Numbered from the stretch's first letter, positions 45,736 through 55,337 are shown. The stretch is 64,000 bases of DNA from an uncultured Actinomycetota bacterium (GCA_963739645.1 CAVUBM010000080.1:16862-80861), one strand, 5' to 3'. The notes: generated from the sequence alone by a model not told the origin. A program made the numbers and translations.

Positions 45736-47682
45736 ATGAGTGAAGACGCACCGGAGCTAGCCGCGGAGCTGGTGGTGGACGGCGCCGTGCCGTCGCAGCC
45801 GGTGGTCTCGCCAGACGGGTGCTGGGTTGCGTATGTCGTCGCTCCGGTCGGCCGCGGGGGAGAGCGTTGTATGTGCGCGATCTGGCTGGCCGCTGCTGAC
45901 GGCAGCTCACCGCCGTGGAAGCTGACCGCGGGTACGGCGGCAGATTCTGATCCGCGCTGGGCGCCGGATTCGGCGTCGGTGTTTTTCTTGTCAGATCGCA
46001 CCGGCTCCCGTCAGCTGCACCGGGTCCGGGTCGGTGGCGGGGAGGCCGAGGTCCTGACGGACTGGCGCGGCGAGATCTCTGATGCCTGGCCGCTTGCGGA
46101 TGCCCGGCTGGTCGCCGTGGTGGCCACGGACGAGCCGACCGAGGAGGACAAGCGCCGGCGCGCCGAGCGCGACGACGCGTTCGTCTGGGGACAGCAGCTG
46201 CGCTGCGGCAGGCTGCGGGTGCTTGACCTGGCCACAGGCGAGCTGCGTACGGTGGACGGCCTCGGCCACCGTCACGTCGTGGAGCTGGCGGCGCGGCCGG
46301 ACGGGGGTGCGCTGGCGGCGATCAGCTGGGCGGGTCCGGAGAAGGATCGGGGCGTGACCACCAGCGAGTTGCATGTGGTCGATCTGGAGACAGGGACGGC
46401 CCGTGATCTGGGCCGGATCGGGACCGAGGCGCGGTCGCCGGTCTGGTGGCAGGCCGACGGCTGCTGGCACCTGGCCTACCTGGCCATGCCAGAACCGTAC
46501 GGCGGCGACGCCGTCTACGATGTCGCCGTCTCCGCGGCTGCCGCTGTGCATCGTGACCTGACCGCGGGCATGGCTGTCTGCCCGACGGAGCTGGCGCAGG
46601 TCGCGGACGGCCCGCCGCTGGCCTTGTTCGCGGACGGGCTCGACACCGCGATCTACCGGCTCGACCCTGACCTGCTGCGGTTCGGGTGCGTGTCCGCCCG
46701 GGACGGCCTGGCCGACTCGCTCACCGCGTGTCGTTCCGGCGAGGTGATCGCGGCGCTGGCCAGCACCTCCTATGAGCCGGTGAACGTCCATGCCGGACCG
46801 CCCGGAGGCCAGCTCATCCGGCTCAGTGACACCCGGCCTGCCCTGCGCGCGATCAGATGGGGAAGTCAAGAACGCCTGTCCTATCGGGCATCGGACGGCC
46901 TCGGCCTCGACGGCCTGCTCGTATTGCCGCCCGGCCGCAACCGCGCGGACGGCCCGTTCCCGCTCATCACATTGGTGCACGGCGGCCCTGATGCCCGGTA
47001 TGCCGACCAGTTCATGCTCGCCCCGCATCCTACGGGACAGTGGCTCGCGACCGCGGGATACGCCGTGTTCCTGCCTAACCCGCGGGGCGGGGTGGGTCAT
47101 GGCCGTGATTTCGCGTCGACGGTCGCGCGCTCGGTCGGCGGCAGCGAATGGAGCGACATCATCAGCGGGATCGACCTGCTGATCGCCGAGGGGGTCGCGG
47201 ACCCGGACCGGCTTGGAATCGGCGGGGCCAGCCATGGCGGGTTCATGGCCGCCTGGGCGATCGGGCAGACCGACCGGTTCAAGGCCGCCATGATGGCCGC
47301 CGGGATCAGTGACTGGGGGATGCTCGTCGCGACCGGCGAAGGGGGAACCCTAGAAGCTGAGCTCAGCGGCAGTTGCGGCTGGGAGGGCAGCGGCCCGCAC
47401 CCGCACGACCAAGTGAGCCCGATCTCGTTTGCGTCGAAGATCCGCACCCCGGTGCTGATCGTGCACGGCGAGGACGACACCAACGTGCCGGTCAGCCAGG
47501 CGATCTACTTCCACCGTGCGCTCAGCTGGTACGGGGCCGAGCACGAACTCGTCATCTACCCGCGTGAGGGACACGGGTTCGCGGAGCGCAATCACCAGCT
47601 CGACCTGCTCCGGCGCACGCGTGCATGGTTCGACCGGTGGCTTCGCGATGAAGCGTCCGATGGCCGAGGATCACCGGCTTGA
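45736..47682 (+). CDS. S9-family serine peptidase (beta-propeller plus alpha/beta hydrolase)
   Basis: Start at MSEDAPE. SPDGCWVAYVV...DPRWAPDSASVFFLSDR (propeller). Nucleophile elbow GGASHGGFMAAW. PVLIVHGEDDTNVP...YPREGHGF. Confidence 0.85.
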   Translation: MSEDAPELAAELVVDGAVPSQPVVSPDGCWVAYVVAPVGRGGERCMCAIWLAAADGSSPPWKLTAGTAADSDPRWAPDSASVFFLSDRTGSRQLHRVRVGGGEAEVLTDWRGEISDAWPLADARLVAVVATDEPTEEDKRRRAERDDAFVWGQQLRCGRLRVLDLATGELRTVDGLGHRHVVELAARPDGGALAAISWAGPEKDRGVTTSELHVVDLETGTARDLGRIGTEARSPVWWQADGCWHLAYLAMPEPYGGDAVYDVAVSAAAAVHRDLTAGMAVCPTELAQVADGPPLALFADGLDTAIYRLDPDLLRFGCVSARDGLADSLTACRSGEVIAALASTSYEPVNVHAGPPGGQLIRLSDTRPALRAIRWGSQERLSYRASDGLGLDGLLVLPPGRNRADGPFPLITLVHGGPDARYADQFMLAPHPTGQWLATAGYAVFLPNPRGGVGHGRDFASTVARSVGGSEWSDIISGIDLLIAEGVADPDRLGIGGASHGGFMAAWAIGQTDRFKAAMMAAGISDWGMLVATGEGGTLEAELSGSCGWEGSGPHPHDQVSPISFASKIRTPVLIVHGEDDTNVPVSQAIYFHRALSWYGAEHELVIYPREGHGFAERNHQLDLLRRTRAWFDRWLRDEASDGRGSPA

Positions 47683-47984
47683 CCAGCGAGCGCCCCGCCC
47701 TCCTCACCCAGGACTCACGGCCTCGATCCATGGCCGCGGCTGCGAACGGCACACCTGGAAACCACCCGGACTCGAACCGCCGGACAACAGCCAACGCCCG
47801 GCACACGTCACATCACGCCGCTGACGCTTGGTGAATAGCTACCCCGCAGAAACGGAGCGTGACGGGATCCGGGCCCGCGGCCCCAGCCGGATGACGGGCC
47901 GGCGCCGCGGGATCCGCGGCCCGGCGCGCGGCTGCTCCGGCCCGGCGCTAGCCTGGCGGCTGCTGGCCAACCAGAGGAGAACCC

Positions 47985-49226
47985 ATGGCGCTGATCCAGG
48001 CGGCGAGCTGGCTCGGGGTCGAGCCCGGCCATCCGTTCGGGCTGCAGACGCTGCCCTACGGCTCGTTCACCACCCGGGACCGGCCGCACCAGCCCCGGGC
48101 CGGCGTGGCGATCGGCGACCGGGTGCTCGACCTCACTACCGCGATGGACCGGCTGTTCGCCGGGCGGGCCGACCTGTTCGCGGCCGGCCACCTCGACGTC
48201 TTCCTTGACGCCGGCGACCTGGCCTGGGCCCAGGTCCGCGAGGCGGTCACGGCCTGGCTCAGCCAGGACCAGTACCGCGACGCGATCGAGGACCTGCTGG
48301 TGCCGGCCGCGCAGGCCGCGATGCGGCTGCCGTTCTCCGTGGCCGATTACGTCGACTTCTACGCGTCGGAGAATCATGCGAGCAATGTCAGCCAGATATT
48401 CCGGCCCGGATCCGGCCTGAACCCGAACTGGTGGCACCAGCCGGTCGGGTATCACGGCCGGGCCGGGACGGTGATCGTGTCCGGCACCCCGGTGCGCCGC
48501 CCGTACGGGCAGTACCGGCCGGCCGGGGCCGACCAGCCGGTCTTCGGCCCGTCGGCCCGGCTCGACTTCGAGGCCGAGCTCGGCTTCGTGGTCGGCGTCG
48601 AGGCCCTGGTCGGCGAGCCGGTGCGGATCGACAGGTTCGGCGAGCACGTGTTCGGCGTCTGCCTGGTCAACGACTGGTCCGCCCGCGATCTGCAGACCTG
48701 GGAGATGGTGCCGCTCGGCCCGTTCCTCGGCAAGTCGTTCGCCACCACGGTCTCCTCCTGGGTGGTCCCGCTGGCCGCCCTGGAGCACGCCAGGGTGCGC
48801 ACGCCGTCGCGCGATACCGAACTGCTCCCCTACCTCACCGAGACGGCCGACTGGGGCCTGGACATCGACTTCGAGGTCAGCCTCAACGGCCAGGTCATCT
48901 CGCGCCCGCCGTACGCCACCATGCACTGGAGCCCGGCGCAGATGCTGGCTCACATGACCGTGAACGGGGCGTGCCTGCGGACCGGGGATCTGTACGCGTC
49001 CGGTACGGTCAGCGGCCCCGAGCCCGGCCAGCGCGGCTGCCTGCTCGAACTGTCCTGGGGCGGCGCGGAGCCGCTCACGCTGCCCGACGGCGGCACCCGC
49101 GCCTGGCTCGAGGACAGCGACGAGCTGCTCATCACGGCCACGGCCACCGGGCCTGAGGGCACGCGCATCGGCCTCGGCGACGCCCACGGCCAGGTCATGC
49201 CCGCCATTGACCCCACGCTGGACTAA
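47985..49226 (+). CDS. fahA: Fumarylacetoacetase
   Basis: 413 aa. HPFGLQTLPYGSFTT...VADYVDFYASENHASNV...PNWWHQPVGYHGRAGTVIVSGTPVRRP...FEAELGFVVG...LVNDWSARDLQTWE. Confidence 0.85.
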   Translation: MALIQAASWLGVEPGHPFGLQTLPYGSFTTRDRPHQPRAGVAIGDRVLDLTTAMDRLFAGRADLFAAGHLDVFLDAGDLAWAQVREAVTAWLSQDQYRDAIEDLLVPAAQAAMRLPFSVADYVDFYASENHASNVSQIFRPGSGLNPNWWHQPVGYHGRAGTVIVSGTPVRRPYGQYRPAGADQPVFGPSARLDFEAELGFVVGVEALVGEPVRIDRFGEHVFGVCLVNDWSARDLQTWEMVPLGPFLGKSFATTVSSWVVPLAALEHARVRTPSRDTELLPYLTETADWGLDIDFEVSLNGQVISRPPYATMHWSPAQMLAHMTVNGACLRTGDLYASGTVSGPEPGQRGCLLELSWGGAEPLTLPDGGTRAWLEDSDELLITATATGPEGTRIGLGDAHGQVMPAIDPTLD

Positions 49227-49248
49227 GAAACCGCGGGCCGGGCGGCGT

Positions 49249-50898
49249 TCAGGGCCCGGGCGACGTGTAGAGCCGGTGGGCGCCCCTGGTCCTGGCCGCG
49301 TCGGCGGGCTTCGCTGCGAGGTCGACGGTGTAGTGACCGGGCCGGGTCGAGTCGTACCCGTCCGGCAGCTTGACCACCCGGAAGAAGAGGGTGAGTACGA
49401 CCGTGACCGCCAGGTTGAGGACGAGCGCGGAGATCGCGATGTAGGTGACATGCCCGAACACCGGAGCCGTGGAGGCGCCGAAGTGGAGCTGGCCGCCCCC
49501 GGGCGTCCGGTACGCCTCGACCGTGCCGAACGCCATTCCCGCGGCCCAGCCAAAGATCACTGCAAAACGGTGGAACCAGCGCGTGTACAGGCTGATCACG
49601 ATCGCGGGGAAGATCTGCAGGATCCAGACCCCGCCGAGCAGCTGCAGGTTGATCGAGAACGTCTTGTTCAGCTCGAGCGCGAAGCCCAGCGCCCCAACCT
49701 TCATGATGAGCGAGGCCAGCCGCGCCACCCGGGTCTCCTCGGCCGGGCTGGCATTGGGCCTGAAGAACTCCTTGTAGATATTGCGGGTAAACAGGTTCGC
49801 CGCGGCGATCGACATGATGGCCGCGGGCACCAGCGCGCCGATCACGATCGCCGAGTACCCGATCCCCGCGAACCAGCTCGGGAACATGTGCTCGAATAAC
49901 AGCGGCACCGACAGCTGGGCGTTGCCGCCGCCGGCCGCGACGCCGGCGTTCACGGCCGGGGTGGCCAGCGCCATGTAGCCGAACAGCGCGATCAGACCGA
50001 GGACGAGTGTGTAGGCGGGCAGCATGGCCGCGTTGCGCCTGATCACGTCGCGCCGCCTGGTGGCGAGCACGCCGGTGATCGCGTGCGGGTACATGAACAG
50101 CGCCAGCGCGGAGCCGAGCGCGAGCGTGGCGTAGGCCCATTCCCCGGCGGGCGCCACGATCAGGCCGCCTTTGGGCTGGCCCGTAGCCGGGTTGACCGTC
50201 CTCAGGTGCGCATCAGCCGCGCCGAAGATGTGCCCCCAGCCGCCCAGCCTGGCCGGGATGTAAACGATCGCGACGATGACCGTCAGGTAGATAAGGGCGT
50301 CCTTGACGAACGCGATCAGGGCTGGGGCGCGCAGCCCGGCCAGGTAGGTATAAGCGGCGAGGACCAGGAACGCGATGATCAGGGGCAGGTCCCTGACGAC
50401 CTCGTTGCTCGATATGTTGCCGACTCCGAGCACGATCAGCACCGACTCGATGCCGACCAACTGCAGCGCGATGTAGGGCATGGTGGCCAGGATCCCGGTG
50501 GCGGTCACCGCGAGCCCGAGGCCTTGCGAGCCGTACCGGCCCCGGGCGAACTCGGCGACGGTGATGTAGCCACGCGCGCGGGCGACCGACCACAGCCGCG
50601 GGGCGAAGGCAAACACGACCGGGAAGACCAGGACCGTGTACGACAGCGCGTAGAACCCCGCAGCGCCGACCGCGTACACCAGCGCGGGCACGGCGATGAA
50701 CGTGTAGGCCGTGTACAGGTCGCCGCCGAGCAGGAACCAGCTGACGAACGTGCCGAACCCGCGGCCGCCGAGACCCCACTCGTTCAGGTGCATGGGGTTC
50801 TCCGCCGGGCGCCATCTGGCCGCAGCGAAGCCGATCACGGTCACGACCAGGAACGAGACGACGACGATGGCTAACGCGACCGAATTGGCGTGATCCAT
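49249..50898 (-). CDS. Sodium:solute symporter (SSS) family transporter
   Basis: 549 aa, polytopic. EWGLGGRGFGTFVSWFLLGGDLYTAYTFIAVPAL. GGAGGAG lies 8 nt upstream of ATG 50898. Confidence 0.8.
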   Translation of the reverse strand: MDHANSVALAIVVVSFLVVTVIGFAAARWRPAENPMHLNEWGLGGRGFGTFVSWFLLGGDLYTAYTFIAVPALVYAVGAAGFYALSYTVLVFPVVFAFAPRLWSVARARGYITVAEFARGRYGSQGLGLAVTATGILATMPYIALQLVGIESVLIVLGVGNISSNEVVRDLPLIIAFLVLAAYTYLAGLRAPALIAFVKDALIYLTVIVAIVYIPARLGGWGHIFGAADAHLRTVNPATGQPKGGLIVAPAGEWAYATLALGSALALFMYPHAITGVLATRRRDVIRRNAAMLPAYTLVLGLIALFGYMALATPAVNAGVAAGGGNAQLSVPLLFEHMFPSWFAGIGYSAIVIGALVPAAIMSIAAANLFTRNIYKEFFRPNASPAEETRVARLASLIMKVGALGFALELNKTFSINLQLLGGVWILQIFPAIVISLYTRWFHRFAVIFGWAAGMAFGTVEAYRTPGGGQLHFGASTAPVFGHVTYIAISALVLNLAVTVVLTLFFRVVKLPDGYDSTRPGHYTVDLAAKPADAARTRGAHRLYTSPGP

Positions 50899-51060
50899 TT
50901 CCGCACTCCTCCGCCGGCGCCGGGCCTGCCGCGGCACGTCTCCCCGTGCCACAGCGCACGAACGATTGCACTATGAGACGTTACGTCACGATCATGCACC
51001 CTAGCTGCCCATTTAACCGGAGATATCCGCCTCATCTCATCGGCGGGGGCGTGCTCGCCG

Positions 51061-51345
51061 GTGCGCCGCGCGGCCGACCTCGGCGGGTACATCCGGGACC
51101 AGCTCGAGGGCCTGCAGTAGCGGCACCCGATCCTGGGCTGGATCGACGCCCGCGGGCTATTCCTCGGCCTGGAGTTCGTCAGGGACCGCGCCACCAAGGA
51201 GGCGGCCCCGAGGAGTCCGCCTGGATGCTCGACTTCTGCGTCCGTGAGGGCCCGCTGTTCGAGAAGGGCGGCTACTACTACAACCGGTACCTGCGGGTCG
51301 CACCGGATGACCTTCCGCCCGTTCGTAGAGCACCTCAAATGCCAG
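51061..51345 (+). pseudogene. C-terminal remnant of a class-III aminotransferase (in-frame TAG plus frame breaks)
   Basis: VRRAADLGGYIRDQLEGLQ*RHPILGWIDARGLFLGLEFVRDRATKEAAP / EESAWMLDFCVREGPLFEKGGYYYNRYLRVAP / MTFRPFVEHL. The ~330 N-terminal residues are absent. Confidence 0.55.
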
Positions 51346-51453
51346 GTCGGCACGGCGCCTTATCGCTGGCAAAGAGACAGGACCCGCTTGTCGTTGAGGC
51401 GCGATCGTCGCCTGCCGGCGATCGGTGCCTGATCGCAATCGGATCGCCGTAGG

Positions 51454-51966
51454 TCAAGACCGTGCCGTCCGTCGCGCCGGTGCGTAAGCGTCGTCCGGGG
51501 CGAAGCTTCCGACAGCTTGCGCGAAGGCGGGCAGATCGAGGCATGCCAGGTACTTCATGACGTTTCTCCGCACGCTGGCCAGGGCGTGCGGGTAGGCCTG
51601 TTCCAGGCGGCCTAGCCCGACCTCAGTCAGCTGCGCCACCCGGCCGCGCCCGTCGTCGGCGAACGGTTCGCGGCTGACCAGTCCCTGCCGAACCAGCCGT
51701 TCGATCAAGCGCGACAGGCCACTGCGGGACAGGTCCGTCAGCGTCGCCAGCTCGTTCATGCGCATCGCCCGTCCCGGCGCCTGGGATAGCTCCACCAGCG
51801 CGACGTATTCGGCCAGGTTGAGGCCGGCGCCTTCGATCAGGTCCGCGTCGAGCACCCGGGGCACGACGATGACGGCGCGCGCCAGCGCGCGCCACGCCGC
51901 CTCCTCGTCTGGGTCCAGCGGGAGAGTCGGATCGGCCGGATCGTGTCGCCTGGTTCCCTGGGTCAC
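51454..51966 (-). CDS. MarR-family transcriptional regulator
   Basis: AGLNLAEYVALVELSQAPGRAMRMNELATLTDLSRSGLSRLIERLVRQGLVSREPFADDGRGRVAQLTEVG. GTG 51966 or ATG 52008 could be the start. The upstream half of ORF 51454-52599 is antisense to the ester cyclase gene. Confidence 0.8.
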   Translation of the reverse strand: MTQGTRRHDPADPTLPLDPDEEAAWRALARAVIVVPRVLDADLIEGAGLNLAEYVALVELSQAPGRAMRMNELATLTDLSRSGLSRLIERLVRQGLVSREPFADDGRGRVAQLTEVGLGRLEQAYPHALASVRRNVMKYLACLDLPAFAQAVGSFAPDDAYAPARRTARS

Positions 51967-52011
51967 GTTCTCCAAGATAGATGCTTGACGCCGCAACTTC
52001 CAGAACATAAC

Positions 52012-52029
52012 GTTGATTGCGCGATCAAC
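52012..52029. promoter_or_regulatory. Perfect inverted repeat in the MarR/ester-cyclase divergent region (candidate MarR operator)
   Basis: GTTGAT-tgcgcg-ATCAAC. Confidence 0.45.
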
Positions 52030-52095
52030 TAGCTTGCCCGCCCTGACCGGCGAGCGCGAGCGCCGGACCGTTACCCCCAAGTAAGGAGTCCCGTC

Positions 52096-52536
52096 ATGTC
52101 CGATCAGGCCCAGCTCGAGGCGAACAAGAGGGTCGCCCGCGACTACATCCAGCGCGTCTTCAATGAGCACCGCCCCGACCTGTCCACCGAGTACGTCACC
52201 GACGACGTCGTCTGGCACGGCGGCATCCTCGGCGACATCGCCGGAGCCGGGAACGTGGGCGGCCTGCTCAGCGCCTTCATCGGCGCGCTGCCCGACCTGT
52301 ACGCAGCCGAGCAGGACGTCGTCGCCGAGAACGACCTCGTCATGGTCCGTCTCGTCGTCAAGGCCACGCAGAAGGGCGACCTGCTCGGCGTCCCGGCCAG
52401 CGGCACCGCGCTCCAGTGGAACGCCGTCGATATCTACCGCATTCGCGACGGCCGCATCAGCGAAGAGTGGGCCGCGGACGACATCGCCGCGATCATGAGC
52501 CAACTCGGCGTGTTCAGCCCGCCGTGGCTCGGCTGA
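52096..52536 (+). CDS. Ester cyclase (SnoaL-like, NTF2 fold)
   Basis: LEANKRVARDYIQRVFNEHRPDL...VVWHGG...MVRLVVKATQKGDLLGVPASG...VDIYRIRDGRISEEW. Confidence 0.75.
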   Translation: MSDQAQLEANKRVARDYIQRVFNEHRPDLSTEYVTDDVVWHGGILGDIAGAGNVGGLLSAFIGALPDLYAAEQDVVAENDLVMVRLVVKATQKGDLLGVPASGTALQWNAVDIYRIRDGRISEEWAADDIAAIMSQLGVFSPPWLG

Positions 52537-52545
52537 GCTATTACC

Positions 52546-52577
52546 CCGGCGGGCTGATCCGGGGATCAGCCCGCCGG
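52546..52577 (+). terminator. Perfect 15-bp-stem hairpin 10 nt after the ester cyclase stop
   Basis: CCGGCGGGCTGATCC-gg-GGATCAGCCCGCCGG. No U-tract. Confidence 0.6.
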
Positions 52578-52732
52578 CACGAACGGTTCCGGCACGCACG
52601 CCGCGGGATGGCGAACGTCATGGGACGCGACCTCGCATCCATGATCCGCGCAAACTGCCGATCGTCCCCGCGCCGCAGCGAAAGCGCCGTCCGCCCGTAT
52701 GCACATTCCTCCTCGTCACGATCGGAGTCCCG

Positions 52733-53035
52733 ATGTCTTCCGCCTTGCCCGCAGTCGGCCTGCGCCCAGCACCGGATACCGCGAACCCAGCCGACATCGT
52801 GGTGCGCAACGCCAGGATTTACACCGGCGACCGGGCACAGCCGACCGCTTCAGCCGTGGCCATATCCGGCGGCGTGTTCACGGCGGTCGGCGACGATGCG
52901 GCCGTGGCCAGACAGGTCGGCGCGAATACCCGCATCGTCGACTGGCTCGGCCGCCGCGTGACCCCCGGTTTGAACAGCTCGCACATGCGTATCATCCGCG
53001 GAGCGACCGGAAAGGGTGCAGTTGGTGGGGAATGA
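52733..53035 (+). pseudogene. N-terminal fragment (~85 aa) of an amidohydrolase-family protein
   Basis: ADIVVRNARIYTGDRAQPTASAVAISGGVFTAVGDDAAVARQVGANTRIVDWLGRRVTPGLNSSHMRI matches the family N-terminal beta-sandwich up to the first metal-binding His region, then ends. Overlapped by the MFS gene start. Confidence 0.5.
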
Positions 53036-54572
53036 GGGCGGCGGGCCTGGGTCGGTGCGGCTGGCTTCGGCTGCCGGTCGATGGGTACTGGCGGTGGCGG
53101 TGCTGGGTGAGGCGATGGTGCTGCTGGAGGCGACCGTCGTCAACGTGGCGTTGCCGTCGATCGGCCGTGATCTGCGCGCGGGCGTCGCGGGCCTGCAGTG
53201 GACGCTGGACGGTTACGTGCTCACGCTCGCGGCGCTTGTCCTGGCCGCCGGTTCGCTCAGCGACATCTATGGCCGGCGGCGCGTGTTCACCCTGGGGACG
53301 GCGGTCTTCGTGGCCGCCTCCGCGCTGTGCGCGGCGGCCCCGACGATTCAGCTGCTTGTTGCCGCCCGGTTCGTTCAAGGGGTTGGCGGGGCTCTTCTCA
53401 CCCCTGGAAGCCTTGCCATCATCGGCGCGGTCTTTCATCCCGATGACCGCCTCCGGGCGATCGGCACGTGGACGGGCCTGACCGCGGTCGCGGCCGCGAT
53501 CGGTCCTCCCGTCGGCGGCTACCTGACCGACGCGGTGTCGTGGCGTGCGGTTTTCCTGGTCAACCTGCCGCTGGGGGCGTTCGTCATCATCGCCGCGATT
53601 CTCAGGGTGCCAGAAACCCGGGATCCCACGCGTGCGGGTGGCCTCGATCTGCGCGGCGCCGCGCTCGCCATGCTGGCCATCGCCGGCGCGTGCTTCGCGC
53701 TGATCCAGGCCTCCGGGGGCCTGACCCCCGCGGTGATCACCGCCGCCGCGGTCAGCCTGGCCGCCGCCGGCACCTTTGCCGCCGTGGAGCCGCGCAGCGG
53801 CCACCCGATGCTTCCGCTGGAGTTGTTCCGCTCCCGCCAGTTCGCCGCCGCCACCGTGCTCGCGCTGGTGGCCTATGCGGCGCTCGGCGGCGTGATCTTC
53901 CTGTTCGTCGCGTTCCTGCAGATCACACTCGGCTACACGGCACTTCAAGCGGGTGCCGCCACACTGCCAATCACCGCGCTGATGCTGATCCTGTCCGGTC
54001 CATCAGGGGCGATCGCACAGCGCATCGGCCCCCGGATCCCGCTGGCGATCGGGGCCGTCCTGACCGGCGCGGGACTGCTGCTGATGGCACAGATCCACGT
54101 CGGCGACGGGTACCTAACTGGCGTATTGCCCTCGCTGGTGGTGTTCGGGGTCGGTCTCGCCGCGCTGATCACTCCTATCACCGCCACCGTGCTGGCGAGC
54201 GTCGGTTCACGGCATTCTGGGATCGCGTCCGCCGTTAACAACGCTTTTTCGCGCCTCGGCCAGATGATCGCGGTCGCGGCTCTCCCTCTCGCCGCGGGGC
54301 TTTCCGGCGCCGCCTTCGAAAACCCGGCCCGAATGGCAGCCGGCTTCCCGGTCGCGATGACCATCGCCGCCGGAGCGTCTTTCGCGGCCGCGCTGCTCGC
54401 CTGGACCACCATCAGCGATAACGCGCTGAACCGGCCAGCTGCGGACGCTGAGCCAGTAGCGAAGGATCTCCCGCCGTCTCTTCAGCGACACTGCGCGGTA
54501 GCCGGGACCCCGCTCGCCGCGTCTCCTAACCCGCGGTCCAGTTCCCGCCCGCCGCCGGCCAAGGAGTCGTGA
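53016..54572 (+). CDS. MFS transporter, DHA2 (EmrB/QacA-like, 14-TMS) family
   Basis: LEATVVNVALPSIGRDLRAGVAGLQWTLDGYVLTLAALVLAAGSLSDIYGRRRVF...RFVQGVGGALLTPGSLAII. 518 aa. Confidence 0.8.
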   Translation: MQLVGNEGGGPGSVRLASAAGRWVLAVAVLGEAMVLLEATVVNVALPSIGRDLRAGVAGLQWTLDGYVLTLAALVLAAGSLSDIYGRRRVFTLGTAVFVAASALCAAAPTIQLLVAARFVQGVGGALLTPGSLAIIGAVFHPDDRLRAIGTWTGLTAVAAAIGPPVGGYLTDAVSWRAVFLVNLPLGAFVIIAAILRVPETRDPTRAGGLDLRGAALAMLAIAGACFALIQASGGLTPAVITAAAVSLAAAGTFAAVEPRSGHPMLPLELFRSRQFAAATVLALVAYAALGGVIFLFVAFLQITLGYTALQAGAATLPITALMLILSGPSGAIAQRIGPRIPLAIGAVLTGAGLLLMAQIHVGDGYLTGVLPSLVVFGVGLAALITPITATVLASVGSRHSGIASAVNNAFSRLGQMIAVAALPLAAGLSGAAFENPARMAAGFPVAMTIAAGASFAAALLAWTTISDNALNRPAADAEPVAKDLPPSLQRHCAVAGTPLAASPNPRSSSRPPPAKES

Positions 54573-54747
54573 CCTTCTGGCGGCAGAACGCATCTTGCGG
54601 CCGGGTGCGCCGTGCCTGGCCGGGAGGGAGCGCCACCCCGCATCACCGGGCCATCTCCTCACCCCCCACACAGGGTCACCAAGGGATGCCCCCGGGCCCG
54701 TAGGGAGGCCGAAAACCTTACCGGCAGTCGACTCCGACGCCCCGGAG

Positions 54748-54802
54748 GCTGCCAATTGCTGGCATAGCTGCCTATTTTGGCAGGCCAGCAGGCATTCTGC
54801 CT
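54748..54802. promoter_or_regulatory. Cluster of CTGCC/GGCAG inverted repeats in a lower-GC 336-bp gap
   Basis: GCTGCCAATTGCTGGCATAGCTGCCTATTTTGGCAGGCCAGCAGGCATTCTGCC contains TGCCA-attgc-TGGCA, CTGCC-tatttt-GGCAG and GGCAG-n13-CTGCC. Confidence 0.3.
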
Positions 54803-54908
54803 CGCCGAACAGATCCCTGCGGGAAGCCTCTTGCGGACCCAGATAGCCTGCTCTCGGGACGTGTGGGTCAATCGTTCTGTGCTTCTGGCCGGTCTTAGGC
54901 TGGGGGGA

Positions 54909-55337
54909 ATGAGCGTGTTCACGCCGGGCGAGATCGAGTACCTGCGCCATCAGATCCTCGCCCGCATGGCGACCGTCGGGCCGGACGGCCAGCCGCATGT
55001 GATCCCGGTGACCTTCGTGTTCAACCCGGATGAGGACGCCATCGACATCGGCGGCATCGATTTCGCCGCGGGCAAGAAATGGCGGGACGCGCAGCGCAAC
55101 CCGAAGGTCACGATCCTGATCGACGACTCCCCCGGTCCCGGCCGGGCGCGGGCCATCGAGATCCGCGGCACCGTGGAACTGCACACGGCCGGCGGGGAGA
55201 AGATCAACCGCCGGTTCCCCACGTTCGTCCCCGAATTCTTCCGGCTGCGCCCCGCCAAGATCGTGAGCTGGGGCCTGGACACCGAAGGCTCCGAGGTCCG
55301 CCAGGAAGGGTTCCGCCTGAACTCGCGCACGGTCTGA
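54909..55337 (+). CDS. PPOX-class (pyridoxamine 5'-phosphate oxidase-like) F420-dependent protein
   Basis: MSVFTPGEIEYLRHQILARMATVGPDGQPHVIPVTFVFNPDEDAIDIGG...KWRDAQRNPKVTILIDD...AIEIRGTVEL. Confidence 0.75.
   Translation: MSVFTPGEIEYLRHQILARMATVGPDGQPHVIPVTFVFNPDEDAIDIGGIDFAAGKKWRDAQRNPKVTILIDDSPGPGRARAIEIRGTVELHTAGGEKINRRFPTFVPEFFRLRPAKIVSWGLDTEGSEVRQEGFRLNSRTV

Noticed and set aside
47755-47800. tRNA-like signal GGTTCGAGTCC (reverse complement of ...GGACTCGAACC...) followed by ...TTTCCA in the gap after the S9 peptidase gene; possible tRNA, or an att remnant of an integrated element
   Set aside because: The T-stem pairs only 3 bp. No complementary 5' acceptor strand (GGAAACC) and no D or anticodon arm could be folded from the ~95 nt upstream. 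No integrase is nearby. A degraded tRNA 3' fragment cannot be excluded without tRNAscan/Infernal.
50955-50985. GACGT-t-ACGTC palindrome upstream of the SSS transporter, as a third copy of the acnA operator
   Set aside because: It shares only the ACGTC core. The flanks (TATCTT / AAGGTA) are absent, so the similarity is too short to be meaningful without a statistical scan.
54759-54775. TGGCAT...TGCC resembling a sigma-54 -24/-12 promoter
   Set aside because: The spacing and the -12 TTGC element do not fit. As far as I know, actinomycetes lack RpoN.
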